Of a stretch of DNA of 64,000 nucleotides, positions 9,564-19,927 are shown piece after piece. Position numbers and translations under genes: made by a program. The stretch is from Porphyridium purpureum. Lineage: Eukaryota. Position 1 is the first letter of the stretch. Each line of letters starts with the position of its first letter. Below the pieces are notes generated by a model. The model saw nothing but the letters and a program-made list of their open reading frames with translations, was not told where the DNA came from and did not search any database. The DNA lies in NCBI GenBank assembly GCA_008690995.1, contig VRMN01000010.1:372001-436000 (forward strand), written 5' to 3'.

Positions 9564-11336
9564 ATGGTGGCGACGGTAAGATGGCGCCGGCTTGTCGGGA
9601 TCGTCACAGCCTGCGTGGTTGGGATCAAGGCCGTGGAGAATGTGCGGCTGCGGTGGAAGCGGGAGAAGGAGCTGTCGCGCGCGATCGAGCGGTATGGCGC
9701 GCTGGACTCGATGGCGATGATTGGTGCTGACGGCTCCAGCGCACGCCACACTCGACACAGCGCGGTTGTGATTGGAGCGGGCGTCGCTGGCATCACAAGC
9801 GCATACGAGTTGGCGCGGCAGGGATACTCGGTGCTTGTGCTCGACGCTGCCGCGAAAGTGTCCTCGGAGTGCAGCGCCGCGCCGGCTGGTGGCATGCAGA
9901 AGATGAACCCCAATGTCGACTCCAGTATGTTTCTGGCCGTGCTCAAGTCATTTCTGCCACGTTGGTCCTCGCTTTTTCGTTGGCGCAGCGGGTCGCATGA
10001 GCAGGACGAGGACCACGGAAACCCAGAGGACCGCCCACGCCAGAATTCTCGCATGATCGCTCGTCAGAACGAATCTGTCAACGTGGCTAGCGCAGGCGCT
10101 GACCAGCAAAAAATGGTGAAGAGAGAGCGAGGCGGTGAGGAGGCCTTTCAATTTTTCCGTATTTCGCTTTGGAATACGCTCACAGATGTGCACTTTTTGC
10201 GCTGGTTCGTATGGTACGCATACAGCTCGGTGATCGAGGACGCGTGTGTGCGCGAGTACAGGCAGCGTCACATGCTTGCATTCACCTGCTGGGCCATCGA
10301 TGATTTGATTTCACTCATGAAGCACTCTCATTTTGGTACGATTGCACGGAAGGCGGGCCTTGTTCAAACAGGCGCCCTCAAGCTGCTTGACGACCCGGAA
10401 GAGTTCCAGGCACTACTTGACCGGAAAGCAGAGAATAAGCCCATCGGGTGGTCTGACGCGCGTGACATGGAGCCCACAGAGCTCATCGATCGGGCGAAGC
10501 TATTCAGTATGGAGCCCTGGCTCGCGCGATCCCGTCACGCGCGACATCTCGTCGGTGCTATTTTCCAGACACAAGCCGCGTCTGCCAACTGCGAGTCGCT
10601 CACCGAGGAAGTAGCTAAAATTGCGGTCAAGAAACACGGCGTTCAGATCGAACTGAACACTCATGTCACCGGATTCCGTGAGGAGAACAGCACCATTGTC
10701 GCCATCGAGACCTCGCGTGGCGAGATTCTGGTCGATGAAAATGTATCCGTTGTTGTATGTGCGGGCTCCTGGACACCTGTCCTCTTGCGCAAGCTGAACT
10801 TATTCGTACCGCTGTATCCGCTCAAAGGCTATAATATTGTCATGAACAGTGCGCGATACAAGGCACACGACGTGCCGAAACGAATTATCGCCGACAAGTG
10901 GACTTACGCCACGCATTTTCACAACGAGCTGCGCGTGACTTCGATCGGCGAGCTGAATGGGTGGTGCACTGATCCAGATCCCAATACTGTGCGCAGCGTC
11001 CGAAGCCAGGCCACCGCACTTTTCCCCGAGCTAGCGACACCACTTGCTGAGAGCAGCAAAGTGGTTTGTGGTTTGCGGCCCTTTGTCTTTGACGGAGTGA
11101 TGCTAACAGGCAAAGTGCGGCCATTTGAGAATCTGTACGTCAATGCTGGTCCAGGATTCAATGGCTGGAAGTGCGCATCAGGCGCAGCCAAGCTACTCGC
11201 GGCTTCAGTGATGGGAAATGCGCCCAGCAGTATTCCAATTCCGCGCGACTTTGATGCTGCGATATTTGACCCGAACGGGAGGATTGTGTATTCGAGGTGG
11301 TGGTGCTGGCTGGCCAGTCTCTGGTCGGCGCAATGA
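9564..11336 (+). CDS. FAD-dependent oxidoreductase, D-amino acid dehydrogenase (DadA)/DAO family
   Basis: VIGAGVAG Rossmann motif, PLYPLKGY, GLRP and LYVNAGPGFNGW; hydrophobic N-terminal anchor. Confidence 0.85.
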   Translation: MVATVRWRRLVGIVTACVVGIKAVENVRLRWKREKELSRAIERYGALDSMAMIGADGSSARHTRHSAVVIGAGVAGITSAYELARQGYSVLVLDAAAKVSSECSAAPAGGMQKMNPNVDSSMFLAVLKSFLPRWSSLFRWRSGSHEQDEDHGNPEDRPRQNSRMIARQNESVNVASAGADQQKMVKRERGGEEAFQFFRISLWNTLTDVHFLRWFVWYAYSSVIEDACVREYRQRHMLAFTCWAIDDLISLMKHSHFGTIARKAGLVQTGALKLLDDPEEFQALLDRKAENKPIGWSDARDMEPTELIDRAKLFSMEPWLARSRHARHLVGAIFQTQAASANCESLTEEVAKIAVKKHGVQIELNTHVTGFREENSTIVAIETSRGEILVDENVSVVVCAGSWTPVLLRKLNLFVPLYPLKGYNIVMNSARYKAHDVPKRIIADKWTYATHFHNELRVTSIGELNGWCTDPDPNTVRSVRSQATALFPELATPLAESSKVVCGLRPFVFDGVMLTGKVRPFENLYVNAGPGFNGWKCASGAAKLLAASVMGNAPSSIPIPRDFDAAIFDPNGRIVYSRWWCWLASLWSAQ

Positions 11337-11468
11337 ACCCAAGGACGCGCTACACAATGAAATCGCGCTGCGTGTAATAATAGAAACAAAGGAATGTATA
11401 ACACACACCAGAAAAGTAATTCACCGGGCACCAGCTTGATCGGACGATGTTATACGCGTGATGATGGG

Positions 11469-12266
11469 TCAGATATTGAGCGTCGCAAGAAAGGCTTTAA
11501 AGTCTTGCGGCCCATCGAGCTGCGTGGGAAGCTGGTCCTTGTCAATGTGAGCGGTAAGAGCACCAGCCGAGTCGAAATCAATTTTGGCAGCCGTGCCTTG
11601 GTCCACCCATGGCGAAATGATGCTCCAAAAGCCTTTGAAAATGGACGGCGCCCGCACGATGTGTAGCTTGGCAAGGCGTTCAGGAAACGCATCCGATAAT
11701 AGTTGCAGGAGTGATTTAACCATAGACTGGTCCATAGTCTTCAATCCAAAGAAAAACAGGTCAAACACAATCGTAATTTGCTCGTGCCCGTGCTTCTGAC
11801 TCTTCTGAATCGCCAACATGATCATGTAGATTGCGAGCTGCGTTGTGCGTTCCAGGTTGCGCTTGTTTTTGTCGTAGTGCTCCACGTCGACATACAGCAC
11901 CGCTCTGCCCACTTTATCGTACCCACAAATCCAACCGAGACCAGACCTGATTTCATCCACAATGTTCTCAGCGTCCACGGGCGTGTTAGCAACGGTCCAT
12001 TTTTCGGACGTCTGCAGCAGCGCGAACGCCAGATCAACGTCATAATGTCTTGCTCTCAGAAACCGATGCAAGTCCTCATCTCGGAGCGCAGAAAATCGCG
12101 CGCTGCTCGCCACAAACCCATCTGCCTTGACCCGCAATTCAGCCAACGCTGCCTCCTCCACTTCTAGCGTTCGCTCCGACGACAACACCACCGTGCCATC
12201 TGCGTTCTTGGCGAGCGAATTGGACCGCGTGTGGCCGCGACTCAAGATCTTTGGCGTCCAGCTCAT
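11469..12266 (-). CDS. CRAL-TRIO/SEC14 lipid-binding protein
   Basis: LHRFLRARHYDV, GYDKVGRAV, FPERLAKLHIVRAPSIF and LPTQLDG motifs. Confidence 0.92.
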   Translation of the reverse strand: MSWTPKILSRGHTRSNSLAKNADGTVVLSSERTLEVEEAALAELRVKADGFVASSARFSALRDEDLHRFLRARHYDVDLAFALLQTSEKWTVANTPVDAENIVDEIRSGLGWICGYDKVGRAVLYVDVEHYDKNKRNLERTTQLAIYMIMLAIQKSQKHGHEQITIVFDLFFFGLKTMDQSMVKSLLQLLSDAFPERLAKLHIVRAPSIFKGFWSIISPWVDQGTAAKIDFDSAGALTAHIDKDQLPTQLDGPQDFKAFLATLNI

Positions 12267-12429
12267 TTCCCCTCCTTAACGTTGCGAACAAAAGTCCATC
12301 GACCCGGACAACACCACCTGACGGCAGCGAGGCATCGTTCGCAGGTGCTGGACGCGCTGAGGTGAACTAGATGGGTATGGGCTCCTCGCCGTGGCATCAA
12401 GTGACAGAGAGACGCAGAGTGTGAGCGCT

Positions 12430-13473
12430 ATGGCCGACGGCAAGCACAGAGGTCAACATTTTGTTGCCGTGATAGCTGCACTCGTGCTGCTGTTGCTTTG
12501 TGCACAGCGATGCGCTAGTTTGGGAGAGGTGACACGTCAGGACGCGGCACAAGATGCAGCTGTGGCTACGCCAGAGCATGTCGGGGGGCTCGAGCGCGGA
12601 CTGAACTTTACGTGCGATGGCCAGCACGCGGTGGAGTATCCTGTGGTGATCAACCTGGCGTTTGGGAAATCCGGCACCTCGAGCTTGCAGCGGACGCTGT
12701 CGTTGATGGGTTTCGGGGCGCTGCATTGGAAGGTGCCGGACGCGCTGTTCCGCAGCTTGGTCGCCACGGGCAACAGTCATTTGCTCTTGGATCGCTGGGA
12801 GACAAGCGTCGAGGACAGGAGGATGCGTCGCCCAGGAAAAACGACGCAGTTCCTTGGTCACCTGGTGCTGAACATGGTCGACTTGAACCAATCGTTGAGC
12901 ACGCTAGAGATGCTTCATCCAAAAGGCGGGCGTTATCGCGCATTCACAGAAATATCATGCGCAGAGTGGGTTGACCCGAACACCAGTATGTGCGTTTTGC
13001 CGCAGGTCTCGCATGTCAGTGGTCTGGCGCGCTGCAACCCCCAGGCCAAGTTTGTGCTGACGAAACGCGACTTTGATAGCCACATTGACAGCATGGTGCG
13101 GTGGAGGGACATGGCGACGCGCTTTTCCCAATGTGTTGGAATCGAGCATCCGGGCGAGGACTTTAATCAGTCACTGATGCACTGGATGCAAGATGCGTAC
13201 GTGAACGCCAAGTTCATTCTGAAGCAGTACGGCCTTTCGCTCTTGGAGCTGGACGTCGCGTCAGATCCGTTGTCAAAACTCGTATGGCACCTATTTCCTG
13301 ACGGCCGTTTGCCGCCGGATGTCATGAGCGTCCTCAAGCGGAGCAATAACCGCTTCCCGCACGAGAATCATAATGATGGCCACCTTTTTGAAGATGCCAG
13401 ACAGAGAGACCGCGAGCGCGAAAAAAATGCAGCAGCACGACAAAGTGAAGCGCGCCGAAGGATAAAAAAATAA
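12430..13473 (+). CDS. Sulfotransferase-like P-loop protein with N-terminal signal/anchor
   Basis: VINLAFGKSGTSSL (PAPS-binding-loop-like) and PQAKFVLTKRD; hydrophobic N-terminal segment. Confidence 0.7.
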   Translation: MADGKHRGQHFVAVIAALVLLLLCAQRCASLGEVTRQDAAQDAAVATPEHVGGLERGLNFTCDGQHAVEYPVVINLAFGKSGTSSLQRTLSLMGFGALHWKVPDALFRSLVATGNSHLLLDRWETSVEDRRMRRPGKTTQFLGHLVLNMVDLNQSLSTLEMLHPKGGRYRAFTEISCAEWVDPNTSMCVLPQVSHVSGLARCNPQAKFVLTKRDFDSHIDSMVRWRDMATRFSQCVGIEHPGEDFNQSLMHWMQDAYVNAKFILKQYGLSLLELDVASDPLSKLVWHLFPDGRLPPDVMSVLKRSNNRFPHENHNDGHLFEDARQRDREREKNAAARQSEARRRIKK

Positions 13474-13495
13474 GTGCGGGTACGCACTCCAATAT

Positions 13496-14557
13496 TCAGT
13501 CCCAGGCATTCGCCCGTACAAAGGAGTCATCGTAAAGCAGGCGCTCGAGAAAGGCATGTACTTGCTTTGGATCGTGCAAGGTAAAGTCTGCATGCGTGGA
13601 TATTCTGGTCGTGTCCACGTGCGGATCATGCACGACGATACTCAATCCCGTTTTCGTGCGACGAATGTATGAAAAGGCGTCCTCGTCTGTCACGTCATCA
13701 CCTATATACAAGGGGAAGCATTGTACTGGATCCGAGTTGGTCTTCGCATCGCGCGCGCTCATAGCTGAAACTTGGGCACCGTGCGTAGCCACGTGATTCA
13801 ACAGAAACTCCACAGCATAACCCTTATCCCAATCAATGCGCGGGCGTATCTCCGCCACCATTTTGCCTTCTGCTCTTCGTAGTTTCGGCAGCTCAGAGAG
13901 CACCAACGAATCAATGGCCTGAAGCAGCTCTGGCACGCGGCTCGGCTCGTTTGCAGGCAAGCTTCCGAGATACTGCCGATAATGGACGCTCAGGCTAAAT
14001 ACATTATCTTCGATCAAAAGCTCTGGTACCATGTGTAATCCAGGAAGCACCGAGTCTTTGAGCAGAGCTGCGGCCTTCTGCAAGGCCGGTAAACAATCCT
14101 CCGCTGCGCAATAGTACAGCGCGCGGCTCTTATCAATGGCGCGCCCTCCGCAAGCAGTTCGGTCGGTGCCGTTTTGCTGCTCAGACCCTGCATCCGATGC
14201 TTGCGCGCCGCTGAACGCAAAGGGCCCTGCAATTTCAAAGCCATGCGAGCCGGCGTAATACACCGAATCCAGCTGCACAAACTGATACAACTTGATGAGC
14301 GAGCGGCCAGACACGACAGCGACGGGGAAGAAACGCGCGAGCGCACGCAGCAGGTCTCGCGTCTCCTCTGAAATGTGCGCGGCGCTCGGGTCCTGGACAA
14401 TGGGCGCCAAGGTGCCGTCGTAATCCACCATCAAGTAAATCTGCTTTCCGCGGCAACGCTCCTTCAACAGCTGCATCTGCTTTTCTTCCAGCGCGTGCGC
14501 TAATGTGCCCACATCCCGCGCTTCATTCTCGCGCCCGTCTTGCGTGTCTTCGTCCAT
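13496..14557 (-). CDS. TPP: Trehalose-6-phosphate phosphatase (HAD family)
   Basis: DYDGTLAPIV, VSGR, YAGSHG, SVHYR, EIRPRIDWDKG and YIGDDVTDEDAF motifs. Start placed at the first ATG. Confidence 0.93.
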   Translation of the reverse strand: MDEDTQDGRENEARDVGTLAHALEEKQMQLLKERCRGKQIYLMVDYDGTLAPIVQDPSAAHISEETRDLLRALARFFPVAVVSGRSLIKLYQFVQLDSVYYAGSHGFEIAGPFAFSGAQASDAGSEQQNGTDRTACGGRAIDKSRALYYCAAEDCLPALQKAAALLKDSVLPGLHMVPELLIEDNVFSLSVHYRQYLGSLPANEPSRVPELLQAIDSLVLSELPKLRRAEGKMVAEIRPRIDWDKGYAVEFLLNHVATHGAQVSAMSARDAKTNSDPVQCFPLYIGDDVTDEDAFSYIRRTKTGLSIVVHDPHVDTTRISTHADFTLHDPKQVHAFLERLLYDDSFVRANAWD

Positions 14558-16299
14558 GGTCTTTCTTGTCCTCGTGTTGTTGTCGTCGTTTGTCGTCGTT
14601 TGTCGTTGTCGTCGTGTCTTCTCCCAGTCAGACACTCAGTCACTCCTGTCCATCCTTCCCCCAAAATTATCTCCCATCGCTGCCCCCTCCTTTTTTTCTC
14701 GAATAAATTCCCGCAAAATATGCTTAAAAGGCATTGAAAAATCACAGAAAATAATTCCCGTTTGTTGAAGATGACAATGTTCAGATTGTCATCAGGGACC
14801 CTTTTAATCATGTCATAATATCATCTTTAACCTCAAACGATGTCACATTGTCATGTTTAAATGATTTATCATCTTTAAAGAGTCTCAAAGATGACGCCCT
14901 GCCAACAGGATTCGTCGCGCGACACAAACGAGACAACAGCGGGTTTCTGCACAAGGCGACTCGGCCAGATTGTGAGCGCACCCGCTGTGCGCGCCACGGT
15001 GCTTGGCCACTGCTGTGCGTACCGCTGTGCAAGTGCCAGCAGTCTATACCGCGACTCAAAATGCCTTGTTGAAGCGCAGGTTTATGACGTGCCTTCGTTT
15101 TGCAATTTCTGATTCCCACAGTTCAAGGTAGCTCCTGCAGAACGATGCAGCCGACTGACTCTTTTACTCGACTCCCAAGTCTAGCCTCGCCGCGCACGTG
15201 CGCATTTCGGGTGGCCGGTATATCACAAGCCGGGTCTGCTGCGCCGAAAGCTTAGGCGGCTCCTGCGACGAACCGTTCGACATGTGTCGGAAGAAGCAGT
15301 GTCCACCGAGTTGCCGTCTCGAATGAGGTGGCTGACAAAAGCGGACACGAGTGTTTGAAAAGTGTGTGCGACACCAAAGGCACAGAACTGCACGTCGAGA
15401 GAGATTGCACAAGAAACCTAAACTTGTCCAGGACAACACGCTCGCGCGTTGTTCGCCCATGCGCGAGGAAGAACAATAGTGCACTATGATACTTGGGCGC
15501 AGAATGTTCTAGCGGCAATATTTCCAAGAACAAAAAGAAGAGATGTCAGTGCAGAAAAAATCGTTTTGCCTCTTTCAAACAGTACTGAACATTGAGTGAC
15601 GCGGTCCTCCTTTGCACTGCCATCCTAACGGGCCGACCAGTGTCCAGAGGCGGACGCTATTGAGGATCAGGGTGATCCTACCTGGCGTCGACGTGAAGAG
15701 ACTGCTAGCTACCTAACAAAAACGAGAGCTGCTTTGGTGAAAAGATTGTTGACCTGTTATCTAGCATAGAATGGAATGTTCCCAAGCAAACAGGTCGGCA
15801 CACTCAGGCCTACGTCACAATGCGCATCACTGTTTCGAGTGTTCTCTGCTCATCCATCGGCAGTAGTCCGTCAAGGCTGTGCAGCCCTGCAACGCTCCTA
15901 TCACGCGCAGCACCAGCCTGAGTTCCTTCACGTTCCAGCTTGTCACTCGCAGACCAGATAGCCTGCTCATTCACCGGACGAACCGGCGAGCGGGCGAACC
16001 GACACGGCAACGGCACTTCAGACGTTCCCACATGCCGCGGCGCCACCACCGTCCCGTTCACGCGGCTGATGCGCTCAACCGCGCGCTGCACATGCGGCAA
16101 CCCGCTGGGCGCGTGGAAGGGAGTCTTCGTTGTCCGTGGCTGCCGGCAGTTGGCAGAATGGCCGCGGCATCGACTGTCGCCGCGGCTCGCAAGCGGCGAG
16201 CACGTGGCAGGAAATCGGGGCGAAGCGTTTTTTTATATTAAATTGAGCGTGGTTTACTATGAAAACCTGAATCTGGCGTGATGGTTGCTGAGCAGGAAG

Positions 16300-16302
<3 letters not shown>

Positions 16303-16330
<28 letters not shown>
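16303..16330. repeat. (GA)n microsatellite
   Basis: Direct reading; lies in the 5' flank of the carrier gene. Confidence 0.9.
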
Positions 16331-16335
<5 letters not shown>

Positions 16336-16516
16336 AGGAGTAAGAGCAAGTAGAGGTTGACGAGGCGGGAGTGAGCAGTACAAAAGCGCGTCCAGTCGTA
16401 CGTGCGGCGCTGAGATCGGGTGGTAATTGCTTCCGGTGTCTTGTTGTGCGGAGGTTTGTGTTTGGGGGATCCCGGACGCGAGGAAGCTCGGGCGCTTGGT
16501 GCCAACCTGTCATCCA

Positions 16517-17596
16517 ATGCAGAGACTGTTTGTGTACAGTCGCAAAGAAGAGCATGCAGCTGCGGCAGCCGCGCCCGCTCCGCAGCTGCCGTTGTGGAGG
16601 AAGCTGATCTACTCGGGCGTGTCTGGCGCTATAGCGACAACATGCATTTATCCGCTCGACTTTGTCAAGACGCAGCTCCAAGATCAGCGCGGCGACACAT
16701 CGGCGGGTGGTCGGGCGGCGCCGCCTCCTGCAGGTGTGAAGAGCACGAGCAATGGTACCGGCACTGCACCGTCGCATAGGATACCTCACGCACAGCCTCC
16801 AAAGTATACCGGGCCGCTGGACTGTGCACGCAAGATCGTACAAGCCGACGGATTGATGGGGCTGTATCGCGGCTGGCCACCAAACGTCATTCTGGTGATG
16901 CCGGAGAAGGCGCTCAAGATCACCGCGAATGACTACTTCCGCTCTGTGCTGGCGCCGGCCGACGGCAGCACGCCCAGTATGGGGCGCCAAATGCTGGCCG
17001 GCGCGCTTGCTGGATTCATTCAAGTGTTTGTGACCAACCCGATGGAGCTGCTGAAGATCCAGGGCGCGACCATGAAGAAGAAGTTTGCCGCGGGCGAAAT
17101 TTCACACATGAAGAGCTATTCGCAGCTGGCCGGCGAGCTCGGTATGATGGGACTATACACGGGCGTCGTGTCGACGTGGATGAGAGACGTGCCTTTCTCC
17201 CTCATCTACTTCCCCCTCTACTTTGAAGCAACTCAGCGGATCAAGGCAAAAGCCGCCGCGCTTGATCGCAATATGTCTGTGACCGCTACGGCACTCATCG
17301 CTGGAACTGTGGCCGGAACATTTGGAGCCGGGCTCACAACGCCACTGGATGTGATCAAAACGCGGGTGCATTCGCAAGCACTGGCGAGCCGCGCTGCAGC
17401 CGGCGGCTCGCAGCCAAGCTTGGGTGCCTTCCTAGTCCGCGAGGTCGCACTGATCCGTACCAATTTTGTTGAGATTTTGCGCACCGAAGGGCCAACGGCG
17501 TTTTTCAAGGGCGTAGTTCCGCGCGTCCTCATCATCAGTCCTCTGTTCGGTATCACGATGACCGCGTACGAGAACTTTGTCAAAGTGTTTGGGTAA
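16517..17596 (+). CDS. Mitochondrial carrier (SLC25), glutamate/aspartate-carrier-like
   Basis: Three Px[DE]xxK repeats (PLDFVK, PMELLK, PLDVIK), PEKALKITAND and RDVPFS. Start codon uncertain. Confidence 0.92.
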   Translation: MQRLFVYSRKEEHAAAAAAPAPQLPLWRKLIYSGVSGAIATTCIYPLDFVKTQLQDQRGDTSAGGRAAPPPAGVKSTSNGTGTAPSHRIPHAQPPKYTGPLDCARKIVQADGLMGLYRGWPPNVILVMPEKALKITANDYFRSVLAPADGSTPSMGRQMLAGALAGFIQVFVTNPMELLKIQGATMKKKFAAGEISHMKSYSQLAGELGMMGLYTGVVSTWMRDVPFSLIYFPLYFEATQRIKAKAAALDRNMSVTATALIAGTVAGTFGAGLTTPLDVIKTRVHSQALASRAAAGGSQPSLGAFLVREVALIRTNFVEILRTEGPTAFFKGVVPRVLIISPLFGITMTAYENFVKVFG

Positions 17597-17623
17597 GAGG
17601 CTCATTCGCATGTCTGCTTCGAT

Positions 17624-19132
17624 TTATTGCGTCCCTAAAGCTTGCAATAAGTTTGTCAGCGCATTGGCTTGCATAGCGTCGTCCCCGCGGCTATCTGGAG
17701 CTGCCGGCTCGGGGTTTTGGGCAGCGTCGTTGTCTTCTACAGAAAGCATAATCAGCTTGCTGAATCGGTCTCTGGTTTCCAGCGCAAGCAAACTGGCGTC
17801 AAAGGTGCTGAAGTGCTCTTCGACAGCATCCGTCGTATGTACGGGATCGAACAAAGTGCGGGCTGCGGCGCGTTCCAAATGCGCAATCGCGTTGGCGAGC
17901 GGCATCGAGATGGCTGTGGCCGTCTTCATTTCTGGCTCAATTTCATCGTTGTCTTGCTTTTGAGGTATCGGCATAATCTCTTGGTGACCGAGCTGCTCTT
18001 GAAATGCCGTAAATGCGACAGAAAACGAATCCTGTAGCACTCGAATAAAGTCATTGTGATCGCAGAGATCTTGTAATTCTAGAATCATGCGCTGAATATT
18101 TGATTCCTGTCGTTGCCCGTGCTGCAGCTGATCGCCGTCGGTTTCAGCGCCTCTTGGAAACGTGTGAGATACAATGGATGCCTGTAGAAACGACGACAGT
18201 TCACCATTCTCAAGCAGTAGGTCGCAAATTCTGCGGATCTTTGACACCAGGTCTGCATCTGATACCGAATCAGAGAGCCTGTCTCCTTTCAGAGCAACGT
18301 CCACGCGCTCGCAAATGAAAGCAGCAATCTCGTCGTTCCACGACAGGTCCTCGAGCAGTTTGAGAAAGGCGTGCTGCTCTTGCGGCGTCAACTCAGCGAC
18401 ATTTTCGTTTCGTGTTCCGGAAGCAGATATGTTTGAAGACGATGATCCATCGTTAGCTCCACGAAAGAGCGCGAAGAACGCCGCCTCCGCCTCGTCCTGT
18501 TGGGTGGACGCCCTCTTGCGTCCACTGCGTGCCGCAGCAGCCAACATAGATAGCTGGACATGCAGTAGCACGTCAGTGAAGACCACGAGCACGAGACCCC
18601 CGACAACGCGTGCAAACACGTACCGCATAATCTGTGTCCACGTTCTGCGTTTCTTTTGATTGACCGTACGCTGCTGCTCTCTGGCCTCATTGTCACCTTG
18701 GCCTTCTCCGGTTACGGCATGATGATGTCTTTTTGCTGCTTCTGATTCTACTGGCGGCGCATTCGTCACGACACTACTCGACGAGCCGACCGCCTTGAGC
18801 TCGGCCACCAGCGTGTCCGAATCAAACGACGTCCAAACGCGCCTTTTCAACGCCTTTTCATCGATGCGCATTTGCCTCAGACACTGGTCAGCGAGCTGCT
18901 TGCACAGCGCACTCCGCTCTTCCAGCGACACCTGCTGCCTCAACTTCAACTGCTGCTCATCCTCATTCTCATCTGCTGCCCACTGTCCCATCTCCTTGAG
19001 CGCCGCCTCAATGTGCGACGCCGACTCGCGTAGCTTCCAAGCCGCATACCCGACAATCCCGCATCCAGTCAAGCCCACTACGCATCCTACCGCAAGGATC
19101 TTGTACTTGTGCCGTCGTATCCATGCCCTCAT
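17624..19132 (-). CDS. PEX3: Peroxisomal biogenesis factor 3
   Basis: N-terminal basic cluster plus TM (MRAWIRRHKYKILAVGCVVG), LLHVQLSML segment and late MPLANAI motif. The upstream ORF extension is antisense to the GNAT gene. Confidence 0.8.
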   Translation of the reverse strand: MRAWIRRHKYKILAVGCVVGLTGCGIVGYAAWKLRESASHIEAALKEMGQWAADENEDEQQLKLRQQVSLEERSALCKQLADQCLRQMRIDEKALKRRVWTSFDSDTLVAELKAVGSSSSVVTNAPPVESEAAKRHHHAVTGEGQGDNEAREQQRTVNQKKRRTWTQIMRYVFARVVGGLVLVVFTDVLLHVQLSMLAAAARSGRKRASTQQDEAEAAFFALFRGANDGSSSSNISASGTRNENVAELTPQEQHAFLKLLEDLSWNDEIAAFICERVDVALKGDRLSDSVSDADLVSKIRRICDLLLENGELSSFLQASIVSHTFPRGAETDGDQLQHGQRQESNIQRMILELQDLCDHNDFIRVLQDSFSVAFTAFQEQLGHQEIMPIPQKQDNDEIEPEMKTATAISMPLANAIAHLERAAARTLFDPVHTTDAVEEHFSTFDASLLALETRDRFSKLIMLSVEDNDAAQNPEPAAPDSRGDDAMQANALTNLLQALGTQ

Positions 19133-19256
19133 GTCGCCTTTACGTTCGTCCCAGCTCGTTCGGAACTCGAGTGTTCGAGCTTGTCGCAGCGTTCGTCTTC
19201 TCTGCCTGGAGACACAGGGACTTGTCTCGCACCAAAAACTGGGCGGAGAGGCTGGG

Positions 19257-19769
19257 ATGGGAGAATCAAGTGGCATCCGAATCAAGCGCATCGCGCTGGA
19301 CAATCCGGAAGATGTGCGCGGGCTACAAGTGATGATGAATGAATATGCGTCCGACATCAATGGCGGTGGGCAGCTGTTGAGCGAGCAGGTGCTGGCCGCA
19401 TTGCCCGAGACTCTGGCCATGTGTCCGACATATGTGGGCCTGCTTGCGCTAGATGAGAGCAACGGAGATGCACAACCAGAACCGGTAGGACTTTTGAACG
19501 CGTTTTGGAGTGTGTCGACGTTCAAGGCAAAGAGGTTGCTGAACGTTCACGATCTGGCGGTCAAGTCGAGCCACCGTCGAAAAGGCATAGGACGTGTGCT
19601 GTTGAATGAGATTCAGGCCGTGGCCGTGTCACTTGGTTGCTGCAAGCTCACGCTCGAGGTGCTGGAGCATAACCTAGGTGCAAAGAAACTTTACGCGGAA
19701 CATGGCTTTGCGCCATACAAGCTCGATCCGTCGATGGGCGATGCACGCTTTTTGCAGAAGAATTTGTAA
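19257..19769 (+). CDS. GNAT-family N-acetyltransferase, bacterial type
   Basis: LNVHDLAV, acetyl-CoA motif RRKGIG, GCCKLTLEVLEHN and LYAEHGF. Confidence 0.92.
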   Translation: MGESSGIRIKRIALDNPEDVRGLQVMMNEYASDINGGGQLLSEQVLAALPETLAMCPTYVGLLALDESNGDAQPEPVGLLNAFWSVSTFKAKRLLNVHDLAVKSSHRRKGIGRVLLNEIQAVAVSLGCCKLTLEVLEHNLGAKKLYAEHGFAPYKLDPSMGDARFLQKNL

Positions 19770-19927
19770 AGTTTGGCTCGAGGAAGAAGAGTTGGTCGGC
19801 CCAATCTGGTGTTTCTTTGCAACGTAAACTGTGTTCGTCTCTTTTCTTTCTTGCATCAAAAAGGACGGCGTCGAAAAATCAACAGAAATGCTGGGGCTCA
19901 GACAGGATTATAGCGCCCTGACCACGA

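Noticed and set aside
14800..16250. Short ORFs between TPP and the carrier gene
   Set aside because: No recognisable product; treated as divergent intergenic sequence.
16397..16539. Possible intron GTACGT...TACAG near the start of the carrier gene
   Set aside because: No in-frame upstream ATG exon was identified, and the unspliced ATG at 16517 suffices; RNA data would be needed.
19133..19525. N-terminal extension of the 633-aa PEX3 ORF (and the reciprocal extension of the GNAT ORF)
   Set aside because: Both are non-ATG-initiated antisense shadows of the neighbouring gene.
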